A DNA stretch of 64,000 bases, taken from contig CAVWWD010000007.1 of assembly GCA_963758635.1 (NCBI GenBank), positions 288,001-352,000 of the forward strand, written 5' to 3'. Below the pieces are notes generated by a model, which was not told the origin of the DNA, searched no databases, and saw nothing but the letters and a program-made list of their open reading frames with translations. Both the position numbers and the translations under genes were made by a program. This DNA comes from an uncultured Candidatus Rokubacteria bacterium. GTDB lineage: Bacteria > Methylomirabilota > Methylomirabilia > Rokubacteriales > CSP1-6. Shown piece by piece: positions 21,430 through 31,514 of this stretch. Each line of letters starts with the position of its first letter. Within the stretch, counting starts at the first letter, position 1.

Positions 21430-21841
21430 TCGCGTCCGAGGCGATGACCGGGTAGCGGAACGGGACGTCGCCGAGGGGTCGCTGCTCCTCGCCGGTGACC
21501 GTGCCCAGGACGGTCACGCGGCGGCCCGGCTCGAACACCGCGGGATCGAGGAACTGGGCCGCTCGTACCAGGAAACGACCGTCCGAGCGATCGCTCCGCT
21601 CCGGGCTGTCGTCGCTCCGGAGCCGCCGCGAGAGCACCTCGATCTGCGTCTGCCCTTCCTTCGGCGTGGTGGCGAGGATCTCCCCGCCCACGATGACGCG
21701 CTGGTTGACGAACGTGCCCGGCGCGGCCGCCCGCAGCCCCGCCACCGTGACCTCCCGGTTGACGCCGACCGTCACCTCGCTCGGGAACGCGCTCACGCAT
21801 CCCGCCAGGGCGAGCGCGAGCAGCAGCGCCAGGGCCGACAT
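21320..21841 (-). CDS. Slp family outer-membrane lipoprotein
   Basis: Lipobox LAGC, GGEIL, GRF, FLDPAVF..GRRVTVLG, YPV. Confidence 0.85.
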   Translation of the reverse strand: MSALALLLALALAGCVSAFPSEVTVGVNREVTVAGLRAAAPGTFVNQRVIVGGEILATTPKEGQTQIEVLSRRLRSDDSPERSDRSDGRFLVRAAQFLDPAVFEPGRRVTVLGTVTGEEQRPLGDVPFRYPVIASDAITLWPRDLPPYAYPYYYGPYWPYGGWGFSWGVGGRW

Positions 21842-21903
21842 GAGCGCAGGCTACCGTGCCTCCGGGCGCGCCGCAACCGAGCGCCTCCGGGGCGCGTGCT
21901 ACA

Positions 21904-22500
21904 ATGGCGCCCGCCGTGGAGCGGATCGGGCGGCGGTACGTGTTCCTCGCGCTGACGGCGCTGGGGCTGGTGGGAGCGCAGTCGGCGGGCGCGGCGTCCT
22001 TCACGCTCGGCGAGCCGGAGCGGGCCGACGCCCTGCGCACGGGCCAGAAGAGCGTCACCAGCGACGAGTTCGGCGCGGAGTGGCGGGGGCGCGACCAGTC
22101 CGGGCAGACCATCACGGTCATGACGCCGTACTACCGGCTGGCCCTCGCGTCCCGCAACGCCACGTTCAAGAAGGAGGCCCTCAAGCCCCGCGACATCGAC
22201 AGCATCCTGAAGGACTCGCAGGCAAAGCTCACGCTGTGGGTCACGCTCCTGGGCGGGCGGGCCGACTTCGCCAGGTTCTTCGCGCCCGTGCTCGTCGGCG
22301 GGCCGGCGGAGGTCCAGCCGAGCTTCGTGCAGAACGAGCGCACCGCGCTCCGCGACGAGGCCGGGCGCTACGCTGCCCGCTGCCTGTACGTGTTCCCGGC
22401 CGAGGGCCTCGATCCTCGCGGCCGGGTGACGGTCGTGGTTCGGGATCCCGACAGCAAGGAGATGGCGAAGTTCACCCTCGATCTCTCGGCCATACGGTGA
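21904..22500 (+). CDS. Hypothetical exported protein
   Basis: N-terminal hydrophobic segment; strong GC3 codon bias. Confidence 0.65.
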   Translation: MAPAVERIGRRYVFLALTALGLVGAQSAGAASFTLGEPERADALRTGQKSVTSDEFGAEWRGRDQSGQTITVMTPYYRLALASRNATFKKEALKPRDIDSILKDSQAKLTLWVTLLGGRADFARFFAPVLVGGPAEVQPSFVQNERTALRDEAGRYAARCLYVFPAEGLDPRGRVTVVVRDPDSKEMAKFTLDLSAIR

Positions 22501-22523
22501 CCGGCCGACACAAGGAGCGTCCG

Positions 22524-23027
22524 ATGGTGACCAAGGAGCGGTTCGCGCAGGGCATGACCCTCCAGCAGTATCTCGACCAGATGGGCACGAACAAGGAGCG
22601 GTTCGTCCAGTTCCTGAACGAGATCAAGGTCGACGCCGACGATCGGGCCGCGCTCGAGCGGCTCGGCAAGAAGCTCAAGGTCCTCGTCCTCACCGAGGAC
22701 TGGTGCGGCGACGCGCTCTACAACGTTCCCGTGCTCGCCAAGCTGGTCGAGGGCAACCCGAACGTCGAGATGCGCCTGTTCCTGCGGGACAAGAACCCCG
22801 ACCTCATGGACCAGTACCTGAACCAGGGCATGTACCGGTCCATCCCGGTCTTCGCGTTCTTCGACGAGAACATGAACGAGGTCGCCCGCTTCATCGAGCG
22901 CCCGCCCGCCCACACCGAGGAGCTCGAGAAGAAGATGCTCGAGGTGCGGCGCGCGCTCCGGACCGAGCGCTACCTCGACTGGCGGGGCGGCGTGGTCAAG
23001 GAGATCCGGTCCCTTCTCAAGGCATGA
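22524..23027 (+). CDS. Thioredoxin-fold protein (single-Cys WCGD)
   Basis: VLTEDWCGD, RD.N.DLMDQYL, SIPVF; AAGGAG RBS. Confidence 0.88.
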   Translation: MVTKERFAQGMTLQQYLDQMGTNKERFVQFLNEIKVDADDRAALERLGKKLKVLVLTEDWCGDALYNVPVLAKLVEGNPNVEMRLFLRDKNPDLMDQYLNQGMYRSIPVFAFFDENMNEVARFIERPPAHTEELEKKMLEVRRALRTERYLDWRGGVVKEIRSLLKA

Positions 23028-23086
23028 CCGGCCGCGGCGCGCGCGCCGGCTCGACGACACCATCCCGGACACGGAGGAGACCAGAC

Positions 23087-24055
23087 ATGAAGGCGATCCG
23101 CGTGCACACTCCCGGCGGCCCCAACGTCATGAAGCTGGAGGACGTCGCCGAGCCGTCCGTCGGGCCCGGCCAGGCCCTGGTGAAGCTGGAGGCGGCCGGC
23201 CTCAACTACATCGACGTGTACTTCCGCTCCGGCGCGTACAAGGCGCCGCTGCCGCTGACCCCGGGGCTCGAGGGCGCGGGCACCGTGACCGCGGTGGGCT
23301 CCGGCGTGACCGACCTGCGCGTCGGCGACCGCGTGGCGTACACCGGCATCGCCGGCTCGTATGCCCAGATGATCGTCTGTCCGGCGGACCGCCTCGTGAA
23401 GCTTCCCGACGGGCTCTCGTTCCGCGACGGCGCCGCCGCGATGCTCCAGGGCCTCACCGCGCACTACCTGGTGAAGAGCACCTTCCCCCTCAAGCAGGGC
23501 GACACCTGCCTGGTGCACGCCGCCGCCGGCGGCATGGGCCTCCTGCTCTGCCAGATGGGCAAGATGCTCGGCGCCACCGTGATCGGCACCGTCTCCACCG
23601 AGGAGAAGGCCGCCCTCGCCCGCGAGGCCGGCGCCGCGCACGTGATCCTCTACACGAAGCAGGAGTTCGAGACCGAGGTGAAGCGGATCACGAACGGACG
23701 CGGCGTGGACGTGATCTACGACGGCGTCGGCCAGACGACGTTCCTGAAGGGCTTCGAGTGCCTCCGCCCGCGCGGGCTCATGGCGCTCTTCGGCGCGGCG
23801 AGCGGCCCCGTGGATGCGTTCGACCTGCAGATCCTGAACCAGAAGGGCTCGCTCTTCGTGACGCGGCCGAGCCTCAACCACCACATCGCCACGCGCGAGG
23901 AGCTCACGCAGCGGGCGGGCGACGTGCTCGGCTGGATCCGGGACGGCAAGGTCAAGCTGCGGGTGGAGCTGACCTTCCCGCTCGGGCAGGCGGCCGACGC
24001 CCACCGCGCCCTCGAGGGCCGCAAGACCACCGGGAAGGTCCTCCTCCTCCCCTGA
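23087..24055 (+). CDS. NADPH:quinone oxidoreductase (zeta-crystallin/Qor family)
   Basis: GLNYID...RSG.Y, VHAAAGGMG, YDGVG, GSLFVTRP, TTGK. Confidence 0.93.
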   Translation: MKAIRVHTPGGPNVMKLEDVAEPSVGPGQALVKLEAAGLNYIDVYFRSGAYKAPLPLTPGLEGAGTVTAVGSGVTDLRVGDRVAYTGIAGSYAQMIVCPADRLVKLPDGLSFRDGAAAMLQGLTAHYLVKSTFPLKQGDTCLVHAAAGGMGLLLCQMGKMLGATVIGTVSTEEKAALAREAGAAHVILYTKQEFETEVKRITNGRGVDVIYDGVGQTTFLKGFECLRPRGLMALFGAASGPVDAFDLQILNQKGSLFVTRPSLNHHIATREELTQRAGDVLGWIRDGKVKLRVELTFPLGQAADAHRALEGRKTTGKVLLLP

Positions 24056-24233
24056 TCGCCCACCCGGCTGCCGGCAGGCGTTCTGGAGCGACCTATTCAG
24101 GACGGCGCGCAGCGGACCCATGGTCTGCGCAAGGTCCGCCTTCGTTCGCGATGATGCGGACTAGAGGCAGGCTGACACGGCGGGCTCGCCATCCCCAGGG
24201 GTGGCCGAGCCCGCCGCGCCGCTCGGCCGCCGC

Positions 24234-25829
24234 ATGATCAAGGGACTGCTCGTCGCCGTCGTCGTCCTCGCCCTGCTCGCCGCGGGAGCGCTCGCCGCGG
24301 TGCCGTGGCTCGTGGACACGCCCCGGGTCCAGGCGTACCTCACGGGGGCCGTCGCCCAGTCGCTCGGACGTCCGGTGCGCTTCTCCTCGCTGTCGGTCTC
24401 CGTCCTGCCGGCCCCCGCGGTGCGCCTGCGCGGTCTGCAGATCGCCGAGGATCCGCGCTTCGGCCCGGGAGCGTTCGTGACCGTCAACGACGGGCGCATC
24501 CGGATCCGCCTGGCGCCGCTCTTCACCGGGCGGCTCGAGCTGGCCGACGTCACGCTCGACGGCGTCACGGTCTCCGTGATCGAGGACGCGGGGCAGTGGA
24601 ACCTGGCGAGCCTCGGGGCGATCCCGCCTCCGGGCCGGGCGGGCGCCGGCCGGGGCTCGTCCCCCGGCGCGGTGTCGACGGTGGGCGGGCTCGGCGCCGC
24701 GCTCTCGAGGATGCGCATCGCCGACGGAGCGATCGAGTACCGCAAGCGCGGCGTCGAGGGATCAGGCGTCCGTCTCGAGCGGATCGCGCTCACGATCACC
24801 CCCGGGCCGCGCCCGGAGATCCTGACCATGCGCGGCGAGGCGCTGAGCCGTCCCGGGGCGGCCCGCCTCCGCCTGACCGAGGCCACGCTCTCGATCGTGC
24901 CCGGGCGTCCGCTCGGGGACGCGCTGATGAAGGCGGCCATCGACCTCAAGGTCGACGACGTCGGCTCCCTCGGGTTGGTGACCGCGACGCGCGTCGCCGG
25001 CGCGCTGACCGGCACCGTGAACGTCGGCGGGAGCCTCGCGAAGGTGTCGGGCACGGGCGAGCTCCGCGCGGAGCGCCTGACGCTCGCGCCCGAGGCCGCC
25101 CCCCGCTGCGCGGCCTCGGGCCGCCGCCCGCTCGTGATCGAGGACGTGCGCGTTCCCCTGGCCCTCGCGCCTGGCCGCATCGACAGCCGCTCCGTGCGCG
25201 CGGCGACGAGCGGCGGGACGATCACGTTCGAGCTCCACGCGCGAACGGGGCCGGCACCGAGCGTCGCGCTCCGCGACCTGCGCATCGCGGGGATGGAGCT
25301 CCGCCCCATCCTCCTCGACTACCTGTGCCAGCCCTACGCGGTGTCGGGTCCGCTCGAGCTGACCGGCGACGCCGTGTTCGTCCCCGGCGACCCGTGGCGC
25401 ACGCTGGAGGGCGCGGGCCGGTTTCGCGTCGGCCGCGGCCAGGTGCTGGGCGACGGGGTGCTTCACGTGCTGAGCCAGGCCGGTCGGCTCGGGACGACGC
25501 TGGCCTCGCCGCTGTCCGTCCCCGAGGTCTGGCGCTGGACGCGCGAGGATCCGCTCGACTTCGACGCGATCAGCGCGACCTACCGCGTGGCCGCGGGGGT
25601 CGCGAGCACGCGAGACCTGGTCTACGAGAGCCGGCGGTTCCGGGGCACGGGCGTCGGCACGTACGGGCTCGGCGACGGCCGCATCGACATGGCGGTGACG
25701 CTCAGCCAGGGCCGGGGCGAGGTGCGCGCCCGCGTGGCCGGTCCGCCCGGCGCGGTGACGGTGACGCCCACCGGCATCACCGCGCCCCCGGGAGAAGCCC
25801 GGCGCCTGGTCGAGCGGCTCGCGCGCTGA
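24234..25829 (+). CDS. AsmA-family protein
   Basis: N-terminal anchor, AQSLGRPV, L.PL..G.L, beta-rich body, C-terminal FDAISATY..G.G; alternative start at 24201. Confidence 0.7.
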   Translation: MIKGLLVAVVVLALLAAGALAAVPWLVDTPRVQAYLTGAVAQSLGRPVRFSSLSVSVLPAPAVRLRGLQIAEDPRFGPGAFVTVNDGRIRIRLAPLFTGRLELADVTLDGVTVSVIEDAGQWNLASLGAIPPPGRAGAGRGSSPGAVSTVGGLGAALSRMRIADGAIEYRKRGVEGSGVRLERIALTITPGPRPEILTMRGEALSRPGAARLRLTEATLSIVPGRPLGDALMKAAIDLKVDDVGSLGLVTATRVAGALTGTVNVGGSLAKVSGTGELRAERLTLAPEAAPRCAASGRRPLVIEDVRVPLALAPGRIDSRSVRAATSGGTITFELHARTGPAPSVALRDLRIAGMELRPILLDYLCQPYAVSGPLELTGDAVFVPGDPWRTLEGAGRFRVGRGQVLGDGVLHVLSQAGRLGTTLASPLSVPEVWRWTREDPLDFDAISATYRVAAGVASTRDLVYESRRFRGTGVGTYGLGDGRIDMAVTLSQGRGEVRARVAGPPGAVTVTPTGITAPPGEARRLVERLAR

Positions 25830-26697
25830 AGCGCGCGCCGCCCAGCTTCCCGCGCTCGACCAGGCCGACGAAGAACGCGTGCAGCTGCTCGTACTCGTCG
25901 TAGCGCGCCTGGCCGAGCCGCGGCACGGTGTCGGCGTGGAGGCTCCGGTACACGGCCAGGCGCTGGCGGACGATGTGGCGCCACTCGCGGCTCAGGTCCT
26001 CGGCCTCGATGCCGTCGAAGCCGGCGCGGGCCAGGCGCTCCCGATACCCCGCGATGCTCTCGATCGACACCGCGGCCATCCACTCGTCGAGGCGCCGGCG
26101 CTCGCCGTCGTCCAGGCGCGGGGTGGCGATCCAGTCGCTGAAGGCCACGCGCCCGCCCGGCGCCAGCACCCGCGCGCATTCGGCGAGCGCGCGGCCCTTG
26201 TCCGGCACGTGCAGGAGACCCTCCTGGCTCACCACGGCGTCGAACGCGCCGGACGGGCAGGGGAGCGCCTGGGCGTCGCCGCGCACCACGCGGACGACCG
26301 TGTCGAGCCCCACGAGACGCGTGAGGCGAACGTTGCCCGCCGAGCGTCCGGCGTGCAGGTCCAGCGCGGTAACGCGCGCGCCGAAGCGGTGGGCGAGGAA
26401 CCGCGCCGGCCCACCGAGGCCGGCGCACACGTCGAGGACGCGATGGCCCGGCATGATTCCGGCCCGGCGCGCCAGGGCCTCCACCGCGGCCAGCCCGCCG
26501 TAGTGGTCCTGGTCCCAGTCGTACAGGTCGTCCGGGCCCGCCGCCCGGCCGTCCATCCCGCCCCGGGCGAGGGCGGCGCGCACCCGGCTCTCGCTGATCG
26601 GATGACGGTCGTAGAAGTCGAGGACGGAGGCGACGTGAGGGCTCACCGGCGCCGACGGTAGCCCCGCGGCACGGGCCGGGAGAAGCCTTGAAGTCAT
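25777..26697 (-). CDS. SAM-dependent methyltransferase (sarcosine/dimethylglycine N-methyltransferase-like)
   Basis: DQDHYGG, VLDVCAGLGGPAR, GDAQALP, HVPDK, VLAPGG. Confidence 0.85.
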   Translation of the reverse strand: MTSRLLPARAAGLPSAPVSPHVASVLDFYDRHPISESRVRAALARGGMDGRAAGPDDLYDWDQDHYGGLAAVEALARRAGIMPGHRVLDVCAGLGGPARFLAHRFGARVTALDLHAGRSAGNVRLTRLVGLDTVVRVVRGDAQALPCPSGAFDAVVSQEGLLHVPDKGRALAECARVLAPGGRVAFSDWIATPRLDDGERRRLDEWMAAVSIESIAGYRERLARAGFDGIEAEDLSREWRHIVRQRLAVYRSLHADTVPRLGQARYDEYEQLHAFFVGLVERGKLGGARFSARAARPGAGLLPGAR

Positions 26698-26756
26698 TGG
26701 AGGCGTGTGGTACAGAAGAGGCGTTTTCATTCTGCCCGGAAGGAGCACCAGCCGCC

Positions 26757-27896
26757 ATGACCAACGCCGCCGCCCCCGCCAAGGCCGGCCTCGAGGACGT
26801 TGTCGTCTCGACCTCCGAGATCTGCTTCATCGACGGCCACCAGGGCCGCCTGCTGTACCGCGGGTACAACGTCGACGAGCTGGTGGCGCAATCGAGCTTC
26901 GAGGAGGTCGTGTTCCTCCTCCTGCAGGGCCACCTGCCGACGCGGAAGGAGATGGACGCCCACGCCAAGGCGCTCGCCTCCACCGCCAACCGGAAGCTGC
27001 CGCCCAAGCTCCTCGCCATGCTCCGCCTGCTGCCGAAGAAGACGACGCCGATGGAGGTGCTCCGCACCGGCGTGTCCGCGCTGTCCGCCTTCGATGCCGA
27101 CGCCGCGGACAACTCGCGCGACGCCACCCTGCGCAAGTCGCTCCGGCTGACCGCGCAGATGCCCACGCTGGTCGCGGCGTGGGAGCGGATCCGCCGCGGC
27201 AAGCCGCCGGTCGCGCCCAACCCCCGGCTCAACCTCGCCGCCAACTTCCTGTTCATGATGACGGGCAAGAAGCCCACCGACCTCGCGGCGAAGACGTTCG
27301 ACGTCGCCCTGATCCTGCACGCCGACCACGAGTTCAACGCCTCCACGTTCGCCGCGCGCGTGACCGCGGCCACGCTCTCGGACGTGCACTCGGCGGTGGT
27401 GTCGGGGATCGGCGCGCTCAAGGGGCCGCTCCACGGCGGCGCCAACGAGCAGGTCATGCTGATGGCCGAGAAGATCAAGGAGCCGGCCAAGGCGGAGGCG
27501 TGGATCCGCAAGGCGCTCGCCGACAAGGCGCGCATCATGGGCTTCGGCCACCGCGTGTACCGCGTGGAGGATCCGCGCGCCAAGCACCTGCGCCGCCTCG
27601 CCCTCGAGCTGGGCCAGCAGGCGGGCGACACGAGCGCGGTGGAGATCATCGAGACGGTGGCCCGCGTGGTCTCGGCCGAGAAGCGGATCTTCCCCAACGT
27701 CGACCTGTTCTCCGGCGCTGGCTACAAGACGATGGGCATCGCCACCGACCAGTTCACCCCGATCTTCGCGATGAGCCGCGTCGCCGGCTGGGCCGCGCAC
27801 GTGCTCGAGCAGCACGGCAACAACCGCCTCATCCGGCCCCGGGCGGACTACACCGGAGCCACCAGCGCCCGGTACGTTCCTCTCGCCCAGCGCTAG
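26757..27896 (+). CDS. Citrate synthase / methylcitrate synthase
   Basis: GLEDVV, L.YRGY, HADHEFNAST, GPLHGGANE, GFGHRVY, FPNVD. Confidence 0.95.
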   Translation: MTNAAAPAKAGLEDVVVSTSEICFIDGHQGRLLYRGYNVDELVAQSSFEEVVFLLLQGHLPTRKEMDAHAKALASTANRKLPPKLLAMLRLLPKKTTPMEVLRTGVSALSAFDADAADNSRDATLRKSLRLTAQMPTLVAAWERIRRGKPPVAPNPRLNLAANFLFMMTGKKPTDLAAKTFDVALILHADHEFNASTFAARVTAATLSDVHSAVVSGIGALKGPLHGGANEQVMLMAEKIKEPAKAEAWIRKALADKARIMGFGHRVYRVEDPRAKHLRRLALELGQQAGDTSAVEIIETVARVVSAEKRIFPNVDLFSGAGYKTMGIATDQFTPIFAMSRVAGWAAHVLEQHGNNRLIRPRADYTGATSARYVPLAQR

Positions 27897-27940
27897 ACAC
27901 CCGACGCGGGGCTCCGCCCCTCTTCGGGCGGTCTCACGGC

Positions 27941-28006
27941 CGGGCGCGGGCGGGCGAAGCCCGGGTGCCCGCACGGGTGCGGGCGGGCGAAGCCCGGGCG
28001 CCCGCA
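27941..28006. repeat. Two tandem 33-bp REP-like hairpins
   Basis: cgggYgcgggcgggcgaagcccgggYgcccgca x2; core gcgaagcccgggcgccc recurs at 39597-39613. Confidence 0.8.
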
Positions 28007-28007
28007 C

Positions 28008-28797
28008 GTGGTGACCGCGAGCGTCGTGCTCGTCCTGTACAACCAGCTCGGGCTGACACGCAGGTGCCTGGAGAGCCTCCGCGCGACCACCGGGAGCTTC
28101 GAGCTGTGCGTGGTGGACAACGGCTCCTCCGACGGCACCGAGGCGTTCTTCCGGGACACCGATCTTCCCTGGCCCGTCCGCTACCGGCGCCGGGACGACA
28201 ACGCCGGCCTCATCCGCGGGCTCAACGACGGGGCGCGCCTGGCCACGGCGGAGGTCATCTGCTTCCTGCACAACGACACCGAGATGCGCGAGCCTCGCTG
28301 GCTGGAGCGCCTGGAGAGCGGCCCTCGCCCGTCCCGGGGTCGGCCTCGCCGGGCTCTACGGCGCGCGACGCCTGCGCCGCGACGGGCGCTTCGTGGGGCG
28401 CACGATCGTCCACTGCCTCGCGGGTGAGCGCGGGCTGGCCGCGCCCGTCATGAGCGTGGCCGCGGTGGACGGCGTGTGCCTCGCACTCCGCCGGGACCTG
28501 TTCGAGGCGGTAGGCGGCTTCGACGAGGGATACGGGTTCTTCCACGGCTACGACCGTGACCTGTCCTTCGCCGTCCGCGAGGCGGGCCGCGCCTGCGTCG
28601 TGGTGGATGCGCCGTTCGTCCATCACGGCGGTGGGACCCGGACCGGCGCCCAGGCGCCGCGCCCGCCCGCCGTGGACCTGGCGGACCGACAGGCCGCCCT
28701 GGGCCGCTTCGCCGCGAAGTGGCGCCGGAGGCTGCCGTGCGACGTGCGGAGCGTGAAGGAGCGCGTGGCCGATCGCGTGGCCGCGCTGTGGACGTGA
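28008..28797 (+). CDS. Glycosyltransferase family 2; frameshift near 28320-28335
   Basis: VVDNGSSDGT, FLHNDT, VDGVCL, VGGFDEGY...YDRDL. Confidence 0.85.
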
Positions 28798-28932
28798 TCT
28801 CCACGGAGGAGATCGTGAATGAATGGCGAGACGGCACGCCGCGTGTCCGCAGAATCGCGGTGATAGCCCGCTCGCTGAAGTCGAAATCCGCATTCTGTCA
28901 CAACCTCGGAGCGGAAGGAGCGAGCTGACCCC

Positions 28933-29802
28933 ATGATCCCGTTCGTGAAGGGCCACGGCCTCGGCAACGACTACATCGTCATGGAGGAGGCGAGCCTGCC
29001 CCGTCCGCTGAGCGAGGCGGAGATCGCCCTCGTGTGCGACCGCAACTGGGGCGTGGGGTCCGACGGGATCCTCCTCCTCGTCCCCGCGTGGGCGGGAGCG
29101 GACTTCGGGCTCCGGATCTTCAACCCGGACGGGAGCGAGGCGGAGAAGTCGGGCAACGGCCTGCGGATCTTCGCCAAGTACCTGCACGACCACGGGCGCG
29201 CCACCCGGCCCTCGTTCACCATCGACACCAAGGGCGGGCGCGTGGAGTGCCAGTGCCACGTGACGGACGGCCGCGTGGACGAGGTGACGGTGGAGATGGG
29301 GCGGTGCACGTTCCTGGCTCCGGAGATCCCCATGAACGGCCCGGCGCGCGAGGTGGTGCGCGTGCCGCTCCAGGTGGCCGAGCAGACCCTCGCCGTCACC
29401 GCGGTGTCGGTGGGCAACCCGCATTGCGTGATCTTCACGGACCGGCTCGACGAGGCGGAGACGCGGCGCCTCGGGCCGCTGATCGAGACGCATCCCGCCT
29501 TCCCGAACCGGACGAACGTGCAGTTCGCGCGCGTGACCTCGCGCTCCGCGGTGGACATCCTCATCTGGGAGCGGGGCGCCGGCTGGACGCTGGCCTCCGG
29601 CTCGTCGTCCAGCGCGGTGGCGTGCGCGGCGGTGAAGAACGGCCTGTGCGACCACGGCCCCGTGACCGTGCGTATGCCGGGGGGTACGCTCCACATCGAC
29701 GTGAGAGCGGACTGGTCGATCCGCCTGCGCGGGCCGGTGGAGGAGGTCTACGCGGGCACCCTCGCGCGCGACTTCATGGACGCTCTCGCGAAGCGTCGAT
29801 GA
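28933..29802 (+). CDS. dapF: Diaminopimelate epimerase-like protein (Ser/Ser active site)
   Basis: FVKGHGLGNDY, DR..GVGSDG, FNPDGSEAEKSGNG, VGNPH, TNVQF, WERGAG.TLASGS. Confidence 0.8.
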   Translation: MIPFVKGHGLGNDYIVMEEASLPRPLSEAEIALVCDRNWGVGSDGILLLVPAWAGADFGLRIFNPDGSEAEKSGNGLRIFAKYLHDHGRATRPSFTIDTKGGRVECQCHVTDGRVDEVTVEMGRCTFLAPEIPMNGPAREVVRVPLQVAEQTLAVTAVSVGNPHCVIFTDRLDEAETRRLGPLIETHPAFPNRTNVQFARVTSRSAVDILIWERGAGWTLASGSSSSAVACAAVKNGLCDHGPVTVRMPGGTLHIDVRADWSIRLRGPVEEVYAGTLARDFMDALAKRR

Positions 29803-30527
29803 GCGCCAACCCCGCCGACCTCGCGCCCGCCGGGGTCACGGCGCTCTTCGTCGTCCTGGTGCTCGTGATGGCCGCGCTCTGCGTGGTCGGCGTCGCCGCC
29901 GCCGCCCGGTCGGCCGGCTGGTCCGCCCGCGCGCCGATCGTCACCGCGGTGGCGCTCGCGGCGTGGCTGGCCCTCACCGCCGGCCTCGCCGCCTCCGGGG
30001 CCATCGCCGACTTCAGCACCCTGCCGCCGCGCTTCCTCTTCCTCTTCGTGCCGACGCTCGCCGCGCTCGTGGCGCTCGGCCGCTCGCGCGCCCTGGCTCC
30101 GCTCCTCGCCGCCGCGCCGCCCACGTGGGCCGTGCACGCGCAGAGCTTCCGCATCGTCGTCGAGGTGGTGCTCTGGCTCCTCGTGGCCTCGAGGGCGGTG
30201 CCCGAGATCATGACCTTCCACGGGCACGGGAGGAACTTCGACATCCTGGTCGGGCTGACCGCGCCCATCGTGGGGTGGGCGTGCCTGACGGCGCGCCGCT
30301 GGCCGCGCGGGGTGGCGATCTGGTGGAACGTGGCGGGGATCCTCGTGCTCGTCAACACCGTGCTGCACGCGCAGCTCGCGGCGCCGACGCGCTTTCAGCG
30401 CATCGTCACCGACCCGCCCATCACGTTGATCGTGTCCGTGCCCTACGTGTGGCTGGCCGCCTTCCTGGTCCCGCTGGCCTGGGGGCTCCACGTGATCTCG
30501 ATCCGCCAGCTCCGCCGCCCGGGCTGA
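29799..30527 (+). CDS. Hypothetical integral membrane protein
   Basis: About seven hydrophobic segments; Q.FR..VE, G.NFDILVG, WN..G, PY.W...FLVP pattern. Confidence 0.7.
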   Translation: MSANPADLAPAGVTALFVVLVLVMAALCVVGVAAAARSAGWSARAPIVTAVALAAWLALTAGLAASGAIADFSTLPPRFLFLFVPTLAALVALGRSRALAPLLAAAPPTWAVHAQSFRIVVEVVLWLLVASRAVPEIMTFHGHGRNFDILVGLTAPIVGWACLTARRWPRGVAIWWNVAGILVLVNTVLHAQLAAPTRFQRIVTDPPITLIVSVPYVWLAAFLVPLAWGLHVISIRQLRRPG

Positions 30528-30549
30528 CCGCCGGGCGTCCTCGCTCGGG

Positions 30550-31242
30550 TTACCGGCTGGGCGCGGCGGGGGGAGCGGGAGCGGCCGGAGCGGGTGCGGC
30601 TGGCGCGGGTGCGGCTGGCGCGGGCGCGGCTGGCCCCGGGGCGCCCGGCGGCACGACGTCGACGACCTTCAGCTCGAACACGAGCGTCTTGCCGGCCAGC
30701 GGATGGTTGAGGTCCAGCACCACGCTCGCGTCCTTGACCTCCTTCACCGTGACCTGCCGCGCCTGTCCGGCCGGATTGCGCGCGAGGAGCCGCGTGCCCA
30801 CCACGAGCGTGCCCTCGGGCAGCATGGTCTTCGGCACCTCGGTCTGGGCGGCCGGGTCGACGGCGCCGTAGGCCTCCTCGGGCCCGAGCGTGACCTTCTT
30901 CTCCTGCCCGGCGTGGAGGCCCTTGAGCTCCTTCTCGAGCCCGGGAAGGATCTGCTGCTGGCCGTGCGTGTAGCGGAGCGGCTCGCGCTCCTTGGTCGAG
31001 TCGAGGACGGCCCCCGCGGTGTCCTTGAGCGTGTACTCGATCCGTACCGTGGACCCCTCCTCGATGGTCGGGGTCGCGGCGGTCGGCGCGGCCGGCCGTG
31101 TCTCGGCGGCGGGCGGCGTGGCGGGTCGATCCTGGGCGGCGATCTCCGGCGCGCCGAGGAACGCGGCGCCGAGGAGCGCGGCGCCGAGGACGACCCACGG
31201 CGATGCGACGGCGGTCCGGGTGCGTGCGGTCATCGTGCTCAT
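30550..31242 (-). CDS. FKBP-type peptidyl-prolyl isomerase (SlyD-like) with signal peptide
   Basis: V.IEYTL, G..QI.PGLE, PEEAYG, DLNHPLAGKTL.F; PAAPA-repeat tail. Confidence 0.9.
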   Translation of the reverse strand: MSTMTARTRTAVASPWVVLGAALLGAAFLGAPEIAAQDRPATPPAAETRPAAPTAATPTIEEGSTVRIEYTLKDTAGAVLDSTKEREPLRYTHGQQQILPGLEKELKGLHAGQEKKVTLGPEEAYGAVDPAAQTEVPKTMLPEGTLVVGTRLLARNPAGQARQVTVKEVKDASVVLDLNHPLAGKTLVFELKVVDVVPPGAPGPAAPAPAAPAPAAPAPAAPAPPAAPSR

Positions 31243-31317
31243 GCCGCCATGCTATCCTACGAATGGAGGCGCAGCCACGAGTCGCCCCGGTGGCGTCGCC
31301 GCCTCCCTTCCTAGACC

Positions 31318-31503
31318 ATGGCCGAAGACAGCACGCGCCGACTGCTCAAGGTTCTCGGGATGTCGGTCACCGACTTCGAGGATGCGGTCGAGGCCGGTGA
31401 CGTTGCCAGCGCGCGCAAGGCCGAGGCCGAGATGCGCCCCGCGCTCCAGGAGCTGATCGCGCTGGTCGAGGGCCTCTCGGAGCGCGCCGCCAGGCTGCCG
31501 TAG
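31318..31503 (+). CDS. Small hypothetical helical protein
   Basis: 61-aa ORF with typical codon bias filling the gap. Confidence 0.55.
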   Translation: MAEDSTRRLLKVLGMSVTDFEDAVEAGDVASARKAEAEMRPALQELIALVEGLSERAARLP

Positions 31504-31514
31504 CCGTTCCCCGC

